The notes: generated from the sequence alone by a model not told the origin. 64,000 bases of DNA from Mobula hypostoma (GCF_963921235.1 NC_086098.1:8184001-8248000), one strand, 5' to 3'; positions 11,081 to 23,797 are shown, numbered from the stretch's first letter. A program made the numbers and translations.

Positions 11081-13586
11081 TGTAGGCAGTGTGTGAGGGA
11101 GGATAGGCAGGTGATAGACAATAGACAATAGACAATAGGTGCAGGAGTAGGCCATTTGGCCCTTTGAGCCAGCACCACCATTCACTGTGATCATGGCTGA
11201 TCATCCACAATCAGTACCCTTTTCCTGCCTTCTCCCCATATCCCTTGACTCCACGATCATTAAGCGATCTATCTAACTCTTCCTTGAAAGCATCCAGAGA
11301 ATTGGCCTCCACTGCCCTCTGAGGCAGAACAGGGATGCGCTCAGACTGATGGTTTGAGATGTGTCTATTTTAATGCGAGGAGTATCATGAACAAAGCAGA
11401 GGAGCTTAGAGCATGGATCAGTACTTGGAGCTATGATGATGTGGCCATTACAGAGACTTGGATCGCTCAGGGGCAGGAATGGCTACTAGAGTGCCAGGCT
11501 TTAGATGTTTCAGAAAGGATAGGAAGGGAGGCAAAAGAGGTGGAGGCGTGGCACTGCTGATCACAGAAAGTGTCATGATTGCAGAAAAAGAGGAAGTCAA
11601 GGCAAGATTGTCTACTGAGTCTCTGTGGGTGGAAGTTAGAAACAGGAAGGGGTCAATAGCTCTACTGAGTGTTTTTTATGGACCACCCAATAGTAACCGG
11701 GACATCAAGGAGAAAATAGGGAGACAGATTCTGGAATGGTGCAGTAATAACAGGGTTGTTGTGATGGGGGATTTTAATTTTCCCCAATATGGATTGCCAT
11801 CTCCCTAGAGCGAGGGGTTTAGATGGGGTGGAGTTTGTTAGGTGTATTCAGGAAGGTTTCCTGACACAGTTTGTAGATAGATCTGCAAGAGGAGAGGATG
11901 TATATGATCTAGTATTGGGAAATGAACCTGGTCAGGTGTCAAGTCTCTCAGTTGGGAGAGCATTTTGGAGATAGTTAATCACAACTCTATCTCCTTATCT
12001 CCTCTCATTGAAGAGGGATAGGTACAGACAAGTTAGGAAGCATTTAATTGGGGTAAGGGGAAATATGAAGCTATCAGGAAAGAACTTGGGAAGCGAGGGA
12101 GGAGATTGCTACATCTCCGTCAACGATCTTTTTGTCATCAATGGGGAAGGAAGAGGTTCCGGAGGATTGGAGTGTTGCAGATGTTGTTCCCTTATTCAAG
12201 AAAGAGAGTAGAGATAGCCCAGAAAATTATAGACCAGTGAGTCTTACTTCAGTGGTTGGTAAGTTGATGGAGAAGATCCTGAGAGGCAGGATTTATGAAC
12301 ATTTGGAGAGGCCTAATATGATTAGGAGTAGTCAGCATGGCCTTTTCAAAGGCAGGTCATGCCTTATGAGCCTGATTGAATTTTTTGAGGATGTGACTAA
12401 ACACGTTGATGAAGGTAGAGCCGTAGATGTAGTGTATATGGATTTTATCAATGCATTCAATTAAGATACCCCATGTAAGGCTTATTGAAAAAGTAAGGAG
12501 GCAAGGGATCCAAGGGACCTTGCTTAGTGGATCCAGAATTGGCTTGCCCACAGAAAGCAAAGAGTGGTTGTAGATAGGTCATATTCTGCATGGAAGTTGG
12601 TGACCAGTGGTGTGCCTCGGGAATCTGTTCTGGGACCCCTTCTCTTTGTGATTTTTATAAATGACCTGGATGAGGAAGTGGAGGGATGGGTTAGTAAATT
12701 TGCTGATGATACAAAGATTGGGGGTGCTGTGAATAGTGTGGAGGGCTGTCTAAGGTTACAGTGGGACATCGATAGGATGCAAAACTGGGCTGAGAAGTGG
12801 CGGATAAGTGTGAGGTGGTTCATTTTGGTAGGTCAAATATGATGACAGAATATAGTATTAATGGTAAGACTGTTGGCAGTGTGGAGGATCAGAGGGTTCT
12901 TGGTGTCCAAGGACACTCTTAGCTGCTGTGCAAGTTGACTATCTGGTTAAAAAGGCATACGGTGTATTAGCCTTCATCAACAGTGGAATTGAGTTCAAGA
13001 GCCGAGAGGTAATGTTGCAGCTATATAAGACCCTGGTCAGACACCACTTGGAGTATTGTGCTCAGTTCTGGTCACCTCACTACAGGAAGGATGTGGAAAC
13101 AATAGAAAGGATTCAAAGGAGATTTACAGGGATGTTGCCTGGATTAGCAAGCATACCTTATGAGTATAGGTTGAGTGAACTTGGCCTTTTCTCCCTGGAG
13201 CAACAGAGGATGAGAGGTGACCTGATAGTGGATCATAAGATGATGAGAGGCATTGATCACGTGGATAGTCAGAGGCTTTTTCCCAGGGCTGAAATGAGTA
13301 ACACGAGCGGACACAGTTTTAAGGTGCTTGGAAGTAGGTACAGAGGAGATGTCAGGGGTAAGTATTTTAGGCAGAGAGTGGTGAGTGCATGGAATGAGCT
13401 GCTGGTGACAGTGGTGGAGGTGGATACGATAGGGTCTTTTAAGAGACTCCTAGATAGGTACATGGAGCTTAGAAAAATAGAGGGCTATTGGTAACCCAAG
13501 GTAATTTCTAAAGTAAGTACATGTTCAACACAGCATTGTGGACTCAAAGGCCTGTATTGTGTTGTAGGTTTTTCTGTGTTTCTATA
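11081..13586 (+). mobile_element. CR1 (second family) ORF2 with internal deletion near 12090
   Basis: EN CVYFNARS/AITETW/MGDFN; RT NYRPVSLTS, GVPRESVLGP, KFADDTK; 3' tail. Confidence 0.92.
11114..11328 (-). mobile_element. CR1 3' tail (innermost nested insertion)
   Basis: (gacaata)3 tail plus ggtgcaggagtaggccatt 3'UTR, interrupting the host at ggcaggtgata|...|cagggatgcgc. Confidence 0.85.
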
Positions 13587-16500
13587 TAGCATGGATGGAG
13601 TATTGACTGAATGGGTGAAAACAGAGAGTGGGAATAAAGAGATTCTATTCTGGCTGGCTACAGGTTACCAGTGGAATTCCACAGGGGTTGGTGTTGGTAC
13701 CACTGCTTTTTATGATATATGTCAATGATGTGGACTAATGGGATTAATGGATTTGTGGCTAAATTTGCTGATGATACAAAGATAGGTGGAGGAGTGCTTA
13801 GTGTTGAGGAAACAGAGAGCCTGCAGAGAGACTTAGATAGTTTTGGGGAGTGGGCAAAGAAGTGGCAAATGAAATACAATGTTGGAAAGTGTATGGTCAT
13901 GCACTTTGGTGGAAGAAATAAATGAGCAGACTATTATTTAGATGGGGAGAGAATTCAAAATGCAGAGGTGCAAAGGGACTTGGGAGTCCATGTGCAGGAT
14001 ACCCTAAAGGTTAACCTCCAGGTTGAATTGCTGGTGAAGGAGGCAAATGCAAAGTTGGTATTCATTTCTAGAGATAGAGAACATAAGAGCATGGATGTGA
14101 TGTTGAGACTCCATAAGGCACTCGTGAGACCACACCTGGAGTATAGTGTGCAGTTTTGGTCTCCTTATTTTAGAAAAGATTTACTTACATTGGAGAGGGT
14201 TCAGAGAGGATTCACAAGATTGATTCCAGGAATGAAAGGGTTACCGTATAAGGAACATCTGGCAGCTCTTGGGTTGTATTCCCTGGATTTCAGGAGAAAG
14301 AAGGGGGATCTCTAGAAACATTCCAAATGTTAAAAGGCCTGGACAGATTAGATATGGCAAAGCTACTTCCCATGGTAGGGGAGTCTAGGACAAGGGGGCA
14401 TGACTTCAGGATTCAAGGACGTCCATTTAGAACAGAGATGTGGAGAAATTACTTTAGTCAAAGGGTAGTAAATCTGTAGAATTTGTTGACATGAGCGGCT
14501 GTGGAGGCCAAATCATTGTATGTGCTTAGGCCAGAGATAGATAGATTCTTGATTAACCAGGGCATCAAAAGGTATGGGGTGAAGGCAAGACAGTGGGGAT
14601 GACTGGAAGAACTGAATCAGCCTATGATTGAATGGTGGAGCAGAATCGATGGGCTGAATATCCTACTTCTACTCCTATATCTTATGCTTTTATGGTCTAA
14701 ACTCCTCTCTCATGCCTCTGTAATTCCCTTCACTCCACTGTAATACTGATACATCTGACTTTAGTTTCTCCTTCTCAAATTTTAGGGAGAATTTGATCAT
14801 ATTATGATCACTTGTCTCTTTGGGTTCTTTTACCTTAAGCTCCCTAAATAATTCTGGTTCATTGCATAACACCCAATCGAGAATAGCTGATCCTCTGGTG
14901 GCCTCAACAATGAACTGCTCAAAAAAGCCATTTTGTATTCACTCTAGAAATTCCCTCTCCAGTAATCCAGCACCAACCTGATTTTTCCAATCTATCTGCA
15001 TATTGTAGTCCCCCGAGACTACTGTATTTTGCCCTTATGGCATGCATTTTGATGTCCCATTATAATTTGTAGGCCACATCCTTACTAATGTTTGGGGGTC
15101 TGTATACAACTCCCATCAGGGTCTTTTTATCCTTGTAGTTCCTTACCTCTATCCACAATGATTCAACACCTTTTGACCCTATGTATTCTCTTTCTAATGA
15201 TTCGATTTCATTTTTGACCAACAGAGCAACGCCACCTCGTCTACCTTCCTGCCTATCTTTTTGATACAATGTGTATCCGTGGACATTAAGCTCCCAGGTA
15301 TAATCTTTCAGCCATATTTCAGTCATGCTTACAGCATCATACATGCCAATCCGCAACTGTGCTGCGAGTTCTTCTACCTTATTCCGTATACTGCACACAT
15401 TTAAATACAACACCTTCAGTCCTGTATTCACTCTTTTCGATTTGGTCGATCTTTTACGTTGCAACTCATCCTGTTGACTGCAATTTTGCACTATCATCAC
15501 CCTCTCATCACTACACATTGCATCTGTTTGTAAACCAGCTACTACATCGTCAGCACTGTTATCCACCTTTCTTACAATACTTTTTGCATTGAAATATATG
15601 CAGCTCAGGACACCAGTCACACCATTCTCAACCTTTTGATTCCTAACTTCATCAAGGTCTTACCAACATCTGCCTCCACAACCTCACCACTCATTGTTCT
15701 GGCACTCTGGTTCCCAGCCCCCTGCAACTCTAGTTTAAACCCCACCATGCAGCATTAACGAACTTTCCTGCCAGGATATTAGTCCCCCTCCAGTTCAGGT
15801 ACAAGCCATCCCTTCTATACAAGTCTCATGTTCCCTGGAAGAGAATCCAATGATCCAAAAATCTTATGCCCTCCCTCGTACACCAGCTCCTTAGCCATGT
15901 ATTAAACTGTATAATCTTCCCAGTTCTGGACTCACTTGCACGTGGCATGGGTAGCAATTTTGAGACCATAACTCTGGAGGTCCTGCCCTTTATCTTAGTA
16001 CCTAAATCCCTGAACTTCCTTTGCAGAACCTCATCACTTGGCCTACTCATGTCATTGGTACCTACATGGACCATGACTTCTGGCTGTTTGCCCTCCCACT
16101 TAAGAATGATGAGGACTCAATCCGAGATATCCCAGACCTTGGCACCCAGGAGGTAACGTGGCATCTGGGAACCTCATTCTTGCCCAAAGAACCTCCTGTC
16201 CATTCCCCTACCTAATGAATCCCCTAGCACTACAGGGTGCCTCTTCTGCTCCCTTCTGAGTCACAGAGGCAGACTCGTACCAGAGACCTGATCACTACAA
16301 TTTTCCCCTGTTAGGTCATCCACCGCACCCCCTGCCAACACCATCCAAAGTGATACAGAGGGATGGCCACATATGTACTCTACACTGGCTCCTTAACCTC
16401 TTTCCCCTTTCTGACTGTCACCCAGTTTCCTGTGTCCTGCATCTTGGGTGTAACTGCCTCTCCATATGTCTTGTCTATCATCCCCTCCGCCTCCCAAATG

Positions 16501-16869
16501 ATCCAGAGTTCACCCAGTTCCAGCTCCAACTCCTTCATGTAGTTTTTTAAGGAAGGGACGAAACATTCAAATGGCTATGTATGGCGGCAAACCTTATTTA
16601 CAACAGAATTCCAGCAGGTAAGTAGGAGGATCCCATTCAAGAACAGCTTGAATTACAAGAGCGCAGGCAGGATAATAAAGCCAAGCGATTCTGGATGCTG
16701 GAAATGAAAAGTTGAACCTGCTAAAGAAGAAATGAACTAATAAAGAATAAAACTTGAAATGCCAGGGATAAGATACTGTCAGTTGAGGTAGCCTAGATGG
16801 ACCTTTCCTTATGCTGATCACAGCGAGCCTCCTCGATAGTTACCACAGATGGACTTGTCTTCCCAAAGG

Positions 16870-17716
16870 ATTCAAGGTACATTTATAATCAAAGTATGTA
16901 TACAGTATGCAGCTCTAAGAATCATCTTCCCACAGACAGCCATGGAACAAAGAACCATAGAGCCTATTCAAAGAAAACATATCAACCAACCCCAGTGCAA
17001 AAAAAAAACAAATAACACAAACAGCATCAAAAATAGGTGAAAACACAGAATATAAAACATAAAATCAGAAGGCATATTTTAGCCCAGCTCAGTGTTCAAT
17101 ATTTACAGGCTGCCCTAATTCATAATCAGCCAAACTAGCAACAAAGAGAAAGGAGCAGCCAGAAAAACTAGAAACACATCGTATGTGAATTGGAGTTCAC
17201 AATCCACAAACCGTATCGGTTAAACCTTGCTCCGGCACGGGAGAAGGAGAGATCATTCAACCACACACAAGGACTTTCCCTCAGGAGCAGAGAGTGAGAG
17301 GCTAGTAGATGGTGCTAAACACTCACTCTCTTTTGCATCTACCACAATGGCTCCTGTCTTCCTTGGCACTTTAATCGGCGAGATTGGCGAGAGATGGGTT
17401 TGCCCCATCTTCAAGCTTCTGTCTTCCTCGGTGCTTTAGTCGGTGAGATTGGCGAGAGATGGGTTTGCCTCGTCTCCAGGCTTCCCGGCCTCCACGCTGC
17501 ACACTTTGTTCACGGCCTCCTGGTACCCTCTCAGAGACAGCAAAGCGCCAGATCAACCAATCAACCCGAAATCGCACTGTCAGAATGTACATAACAGGGT
17601 CCAATAACAGGAGAACCACATCTGAAATACAAAGAAAATGTAAAAACGTTGAAAAGAATTGCTTTGTGACCAGTTTTCAGGATGTTGCCCTTGAGAGCAA
17701 TGTTCGCTGGCTCCAT
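16870..17716 (-). mobile_element. Non-coding LINE-dependent element (Rex1/Babar-type ends)
   Basis: 3' end ttcaaggtacatttataatcaaag is shared with 4150, 18372, 36455 and 59590; internal ~66-bp tandem duplication at 17352-17485. Confidence 0.5.
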
Positions 17717-18371
17717 CCCTACTTTGCAGATTTCCATGATTATGACATCTCTAGTTTATTGTGGTATTTATTTTTCCTTTTATTATTTTCCTTTCAGCAG
17801 AACCTGGTATATAAAGCATAAACAAATATAAAAACTGAGGATATGTACAAATGAAATATTTAAATGTAGGATGTGAAAGGGAAGGACAGAGAGAACTGCG
17901 TCAATTGGAAATGAAAACAACACGGTGTATGTAAACATTTTTCAGGTTTTAGATGGATAAAGGTCAAACAAATGTATTCAGTACAGATAATTGTGTTTCC
18001 ATTTCAGAGAATAATTCTTACTACTTGGTGATTTAAAGATCAAAATTTTAAAGGTAAGAAAAAAGACAATGTGATAAATTTGATAATGTGAATGTTATGG
18101 CTGAAAGTTTTTTTTATAACATCTTCTGGCAGCAACCTTTTAAATTTTCTACTGCTTTATAACTAGTAACAGTAAATTATTTTATTAATATGGTTAAAAA
18201 CTCTCTTAATAGTTTTCTTCAAGAAAAAAAATAAATTACTCTGCTTATGTCACAAACCCATTATGAAATTTAAACAGCGTATTCATGCACTGCTTGGAAC
18301 TCACTGATGAAATTCAGAAGCTTTCCAGCTCATATTTTGGAAGGATTAAACATTTTTGGTCTTCACAACCA

Positions 18372-19145
18372 AAGGTTCAAAGATTTATTTTATTACCAAG
18401 GTACACAACTCTGAAATTCTTCTTCTCCAGATAGCTACGAAACAAAAAAGAAAAGAATGGTAGCATGATCATCAACCCCCAAATCCCTCCTCCCCACACA
18501 AAAACAAACAAAAATGGAACAGGCCCATTCACCCTCAAATCCCCCTCCCTAGCACACAAAAAAAAACAAGAAAGGTAGGGAAAGAACACAGAATATAAAA
18601 AACTGTAAGACTGAAATAAAGTCTATAGTTCAAGACCATATCCAAAATGGAGAAACCCTGGATAACATTCTCTGGTCCCAGCAGCAGGCCTTTCCCTCAC
18701 TGTAGCAGAATGATTTCACTAGCAATCAAAAAGGCAGCCTCCTATCTTTGTAGTAGAGTGATCCCCAGCAATATAAAGGCAGGCAACCTGCACTCACCCT
18801 TCGCATTTACATCGATATTTCAAAGTTGATTAAAGTCACTTTAATCGGCAAACAATGGAAGCTTTAATTGGGGAAATGGAATCGAATATCAGCTTGCTGT
18901 CTTCTTACCACGAGGTTTCCACACGCTGCCTCTGCCTCCTGGAATCCTGTCAGAGACTGCAAAGCACTTAAAGCACCCAAACAATCTCCAAATTACAACT
19001 CACAGGCTCCAATAGTTCCAGAATCAGACTCAAGGCAAAAAACAAAGGTGACAGACATAAAAGAAGTGAAATATATGGTTTCATGATCTATCCAGAAGGT
19101 GTCAACTGAAGGAGCATGGTACACAGATGGCATCTTGAGCAGAAG
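18372..19145 (-). mobile_element. Non-coding LINE-dependent element (Rex1/Babar-type ends)
   Basis: aaggttcaaagatttatttt...acaactctgaaattcttc 3' end; 5' end reads caagatgccatc on the minus strand. Confidence 0.5.
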
Positions 19146-19368
19146 CCCAGTGTATATCCCCAGCTTTTTTGATCAAACCATGCAAAATATTACCTTATCT
19201 ATGGCATTACTGGGCCTCCAGGTTTCTTCTACGGATTTGAAAATTCTGCCCTGCACACCCAAGTCCAAGCTATTAAGATTTTCTATGGAAAGCAGTAGTC
19301 CAAGTGAACTCCAGAGTTTCTCTATAATCCAATGAGCATATTTTCACAATTACTTTCTATAACCTATT

Positions 19369-19574
19369 GTTGTTGTTGTTGAGTGCCGTTGAGTCATCGT
19401 CGACTCATGGCGACCCTATGGGTAATGTAGTTATTGATAGGGTTTTCGTGGCAAGATATGGACGTAGGTTTCCAGAACTTTCTTCCATCCAGACACTCCT
19501 GCTGCCCAGGTTGGGATTCCAAGTCAGGACCATATGCCTTGAAGTCCAGTGCTGATGCCACTACATCACCAGCC
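19369..19574 (-). mobile_element. tRNA-derived SINE with RTE-type (CAA)n tail
   Basis: 8-bp TSD aacctatt at 19361-19368 and 19575-19582; head ggctggtgatgtagtggcatc (A-box-like). Confidence 0.75.
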
Positions 19575-19949
19575 AACCTATTACTGAGATAATATTCAGT
19601 TTTGTCTATTTCCTTATTTATATTTACTTTATTTTATATTTGTACCGTTTATCTTCTTTTGCTCATAGGTTGTCTCTTGGTCTTTTTTTTGGAGTTTTTC
19701 ATTGATTCTATTGCATTTCTTTGTTCTGCTGTATGGATCCTCCTGCCCTCTCTCGCTCACTGATCCCGAGAGTAGGTCCTTGATTCCTAGTGATCTCTCT
19801 CTCCCTCGATGCTGTCGGCAGATGGGAGCAGAGCAAGGTCTAATTGATGCCAATTGTAGATTTGGTCTCTAATTCAGGTTTATGATGTCTTCATGCTCCA
19901 GTACTAGTTCTGGTTGTTCCTTTTTTGTGACAACTTTTAGATGATTTTC

Positions 19950-20317
19950 GAATGTTGAAAGGCATGGACAGAGTGGATGTGGCAAAGTTGTTTCCCATGA
20001 TGGGGGAGTCTAGTACGAGAGGGCATGATTTAAGGATTGAAGGGCGCCCATTCAGAACAGAGATGCAAAGAAATTTTTTTAGTCAGAGGGTGGTGAATCT
20101 ATGGAATTTGTTGCCACAGGCGGCAGTGGAGGCCAAGTCATTGGGTGTATTTAAGGCAGAGATTGATAGGTATCTGAGTAGCCAGGGCATCGAAGGTTAT
20201 GGTGAGAAGGCGGGGGAGTGGGACTAAATGGGAGAATGGATAAGCTCATGATAAAATGGCGGAGCAGACTTGATGGGCTGAATGGCCGACCTGCTCCTTT
20301 GTCTTATGGTCTTATGG
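19950..20317 (+). mobile_element. 5'-truncated CR1 3' end
   Basis: TRGHDLR...FFSQRVVNLWN...GYG; (cttatgg) tail. Confidence 0.92.
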
Positions 20318-20765
20318 ACATTGAACCCATGAACACGACCTCGCTACCTCTTTTCTCTCCTTTCGCATTATTTAATTAAATTAACTATATATACAGCATA
20401 CTTCTTACTTTTGTAATGTACTGCTGCCACATAACAAATTTCATGACATACACCGGTGATATTAAACCTGATTCTGATTCTGAAAGAAAATACAAAAACA
20501 CCATTAGAAAAACATTCTATCAATTGTCAGCAAAGTCGATGCATGTGCTAATTTCAAATTTTTCAACCATGGATAGATAAATTGAATTTCTGATGGAATA
20601 AAAAGCTAGACAATTGTCTAATGTATGGATTCTTTCAGTCATCCCACACAAAACTGGCCCTTCGGACCATCACTTGCATGCTTTCTATTAACACTCCTTC
20701 CATTTACCATATTTGACCCAAGCTTAGGGTTTAGACCATTGCTGGTTCATGTGTCTATCTAAGTA

Positions 20766-21652
20766 AGTAGTGTACAAAATTCCTAGGCACACATATATCT
20801 AGGGTACATAAGATCCTTGCGCAATACTGTAGTAATTTTATGTATTACACTGTACTACTGCCACCAAAAAAACTAATTTCATGACATATATGAGAATGAT
20901 AAACCTTTACTTGATATGGGGTCTCTATTATGGACTTAGAGTGGAAAAGGAGCTGGAGGAGAGGAATAAGAGAGGAATCATGGTTGGGAAAAGGGGAAAG
21001 GAGAGGGAAGGGAGTGGGAAGCAGCAGACAGACATTCTGTAATGATTAACAAACCAGTTGTTCAGAATCAAATGACCTTGCCTGGTGTCTCAGAGCTGGG
21101 TGTGTCTGCACCCACAACACTCCCCGCACCTGGTACTCCTTCTCTGTCACCTGTCCTGCATGGCCGCACCCCTCCCGTGGTGATCCACCCTTGCTATTCT
21201 CAATATCTTGTACTTCTGCCAGATTTAGAAACTCTCTCTGCTCCACATTGACAGATACAGTTGTCATAAGCCCTATGGGCCTGTGCACCGGTAACTGTTA
21301 ATTGTTGTTATATCGGGAGTTGTTAAACCATGGTGCTTTCTGTTTAATCTAGTCATGTTTATTTTTTGACCGGCACGGGTATTCAAAATGCAGAGATTAT
21401 TTAAAGTGGAGTCTTGACTAGCGCTTATCGCGGGATCCCTTTGTTTTGAGAATGATTGTCACTCATTCAAGCCACCGATGTTTTATTAGAATTTCTTTGA
21501 ATAAACTCTTGCTATTGTCTGTACATGGGAGTCTGTGGTATCTCAGCACTTGGGTTCAGTCGTCTGTCAGCACACACTGTGACAATAGTTCTGAGCAAGT
21601 CTTAGGCACCCTAGCTATACATGTGTGTCTAAGATTTTTGTACAGTACTGTA
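20766..21652 (+). mobile_element. Composite Tc1-like MITE (most complete copy) with solo LTR inserted
   Basis: ~65-bp TIR-TIR hairpins at both ends (20766-20830; 21256-21261 + 21590-21652) flank cargo shared with 3265-3620 and 48240-48597. Confidence 0.7.
21262..21584 (+). mobile_element. Solo LTR (323 bp)
   Basis: TGTCA...TGACA termini; 5-bp TSD acagt/atagt (one mismatch); AATAAA near 21500; absent from the sister MITE copies. Confidence 0.85.
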
Positions 21653-22410
21653 TGATGAGAATTCCTGCCTTCATCAACCACTCAGCCAGTGTGCTCCAGA
21701 TTACAATCACCCTCTGGGAGAAAATGTCCTCAGATACCCTTTAACTCTCCCACGTGCCTTCCATTTTTAGATACCTAGATTTTGCAAATACTGATCTGTA
21801 AAATGATGAATAATTCCCCATGTTTTTTCCCATATATACACATCATAATCAAAATCCAATATGTTCAAATCTAACCTGGATCCAGATCAATGTCCTCTCT
21901 TGAAATAAACTTTCATCATCACATATTTCAACATCAGCATGCATTCTGCAGCTAACCTGACATGCAGTTACTTTTAAGGTTTAAGCCACTCAGTATTAGA
22001 AAGTCACTTCAAATTCTTACTGCAATCTTGAATGAAATATGTATTGAATCTTGCTCAGCTTCTAGCTTTCAGTTTGCATAACTCAGACAAGGAACACACA
22101 ACTGGAGCAGTGTCACCTTTTGGAAATGATTCAATACCAATCAGCATGTGTCCTTTGGAGAAGGCAGCTGAGTTAACACACTGCAACACTTCAATTCCAC
22201 ACACTTGAACTGTCAAGATAATTTGAAGTTTTGTTTCATAGGGTAAAATGCCAACTCTTCTCCAAACAGAGTAAAGATTAAAACTTTAGGACTTTGATTT
22301 TCTAACCAAAGAGAGGTTTGTGCTGTGAAAGAAACAAGGGCTTGGCAATAGAAGAAAAAGATGAAAAGAAAATTTAAATTGGAGGAAAGCACAGAAGAAT
22401 ATATATCAAA

Positions 22411-22789
22411 AAAAAACAGAAATTCTGCAGATGCTGGAAATCCAGGGCAACACACAAAATGCTGGAGGAACTCAGCAGGTCAGGCAGGATCTATGGACAT
22501 TTTGTGCCAGAACCCTTCTTCAGGACTGTAGAGGAATGGGCAAGACACCAGAATAAAAAGTTGGGGAGAGGGGAAGAAGGCTAGCTGGAGGTTGAGTGTT
22601 GAAGCCAGCTAAAGGGCTGGAAAAGAAGGAATCTGATAGGAGAGGAGAGTGGACCATAGGAGAAAGGGAAGGAGGAGGGACACTGGGGGGAGGTGATAGG
22701 CAGGAGAGAAGAAGTAAGAGGTCAGAAGGGGCAATAGAGGGAAGGGATAGGGAATTTTTATTTCACCAGAAGGAGAAATAGTTACAAGT
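22411..22789 (-). mobile_element. Penelope-type non-autonomous retroposon
   Basis: 12-bp TSD atatatatcaaa at 22399-22410 and 22790-22801; degenerate hammerhead core near 22500-22530. Confidence 0.7.
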
Positions 22790-22914
22790 ATATATATCAA
22801 ATGTTCAAGACTTCCTACGGCATTTTAACAAGAAACAAGAATCCTATTGTGTGACAATTGTAACGCACAGTTGGAGTACAATAAGGTCTCTCACACAGAA
22901 TGACAGGCCAGTGG

Positions 22915-23055
22915 TAAACACAGGAGATTCAGTAGATACTGAAAATCCAGAGTAACACACATAAAATGCTGGAGGAACTTAGCAGGTTAGGTAGCATCTA
23001 TGAAAAGGAATAATAAGCCGACCTTTCGGGCTGAGACCCTTTATCAGGATTGGTT
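22915..23055 (-). mobile_element. Short Penelope-type tail with degenerate hammerhead
   Basis: Minus strand ccaatcctgataaagggtctcagcccgaaaggtcggc. Confidence 0.65.
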
Positions 23056-23504
23056 AATCTTGTTTTCTTTCTGGTCTATAAGGAGGAATATGCTTTAAAG
23101 ATAATTCTTCTAAATTTTGAGAGACTCGACTTGTCCAATGGGATATGCAGACAGGAAATTCAATTTAATGATTTATTTAAAAGGTGACACTAATTAAAAT
23201 TATGAGCTCTTTCCTCATTGCATTTTTGTCTACCCTGGATAAACTAAACAAGTAAATTTTTCAATATAAGTTGAGGCTCCTGAACTACAATCCACCAGAT
23301 TTTTTCTTTGGTTTTGATAATTTCTTCTGGATTATATTAATTGGACCATTTAGATACCTAGAAGATGCCAGATTTCTGTGAGAGTTCTGTCTGATAAATT
23401 ACTGGAGCAAAATTGAAATCCTATGTACTAACCAGGATCATGACCTTATAAAGGATTTTTTTAAACAATGCAGTATCAAAGCATCTCACTCTAACCATGG
23501 ACTT

Positions 23505-23797
23505 TTTACTCTCCTCCCATCCGGTAGTCGCTACAGGAGCCTCCATTCCCGCACCAGCAGGCTCAGGAAGAGCTTCTTCCCTGAGGCTGTGACCCTGCTG
23601 AACCTCTCATCACAGCGCTAAGCAATATTGCATCCGTATTGTACTGTCTCAGTACTTTTATATTTATCTGCTGTAGCACTTTTTTATTCACAGTTATTTT
23701 GTAAATGACACTATTCTTTGCATTTCTGGTCAGATGCTAAATGCATTTCATTGGCTCTGTACTCGGCACAATGACAATGAAATTCAATCTAATCTAA
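23505..23797 (+). mobile_element. Rex1/Babar-like LINE 3' end
   Basis: LLPSGSRYRSLHSRTSRLRKSFFPEAVTLLN; aatct tail; homologous to 38711-39140. Confidence 0.8.

Larger units (their letters stand above)
10948..14699 (+). mobile_element. 5'-truncated CR1 nested in the minus-strand CR1, split by 11081-13586
   Basis: [17 protein letters not shown] at ~10975; continues at 13588 (gggaagttgcta|gcatggatgg); KFADDTK at ~13760; (ttatg) tail; 5-bp TSD aactc. Confidence 0.88.
8930..16540 (-). mobile_element. Near-full-length decayed CR1 (ORF1 esterase + EN + RT), split by 10948-14699
   Basis: ORF1 VHVGTND...DGLYLN (15730-16200), EN (15060-15620), RT KFADD (9807-10061), 3' tail near 8930; the two halves join across aactc at 10943-10947 / 14700-14704. 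Confidence 0.9.

Noticed and set aside
16552..16617. Plus-strand 66-nt exon with a perfect CAG|GTAAGT donor
   Set aside because: The acceptor abuts a CR1 end, no peptide is recognisable, and one perfect donor is expected by chance in a window this size.
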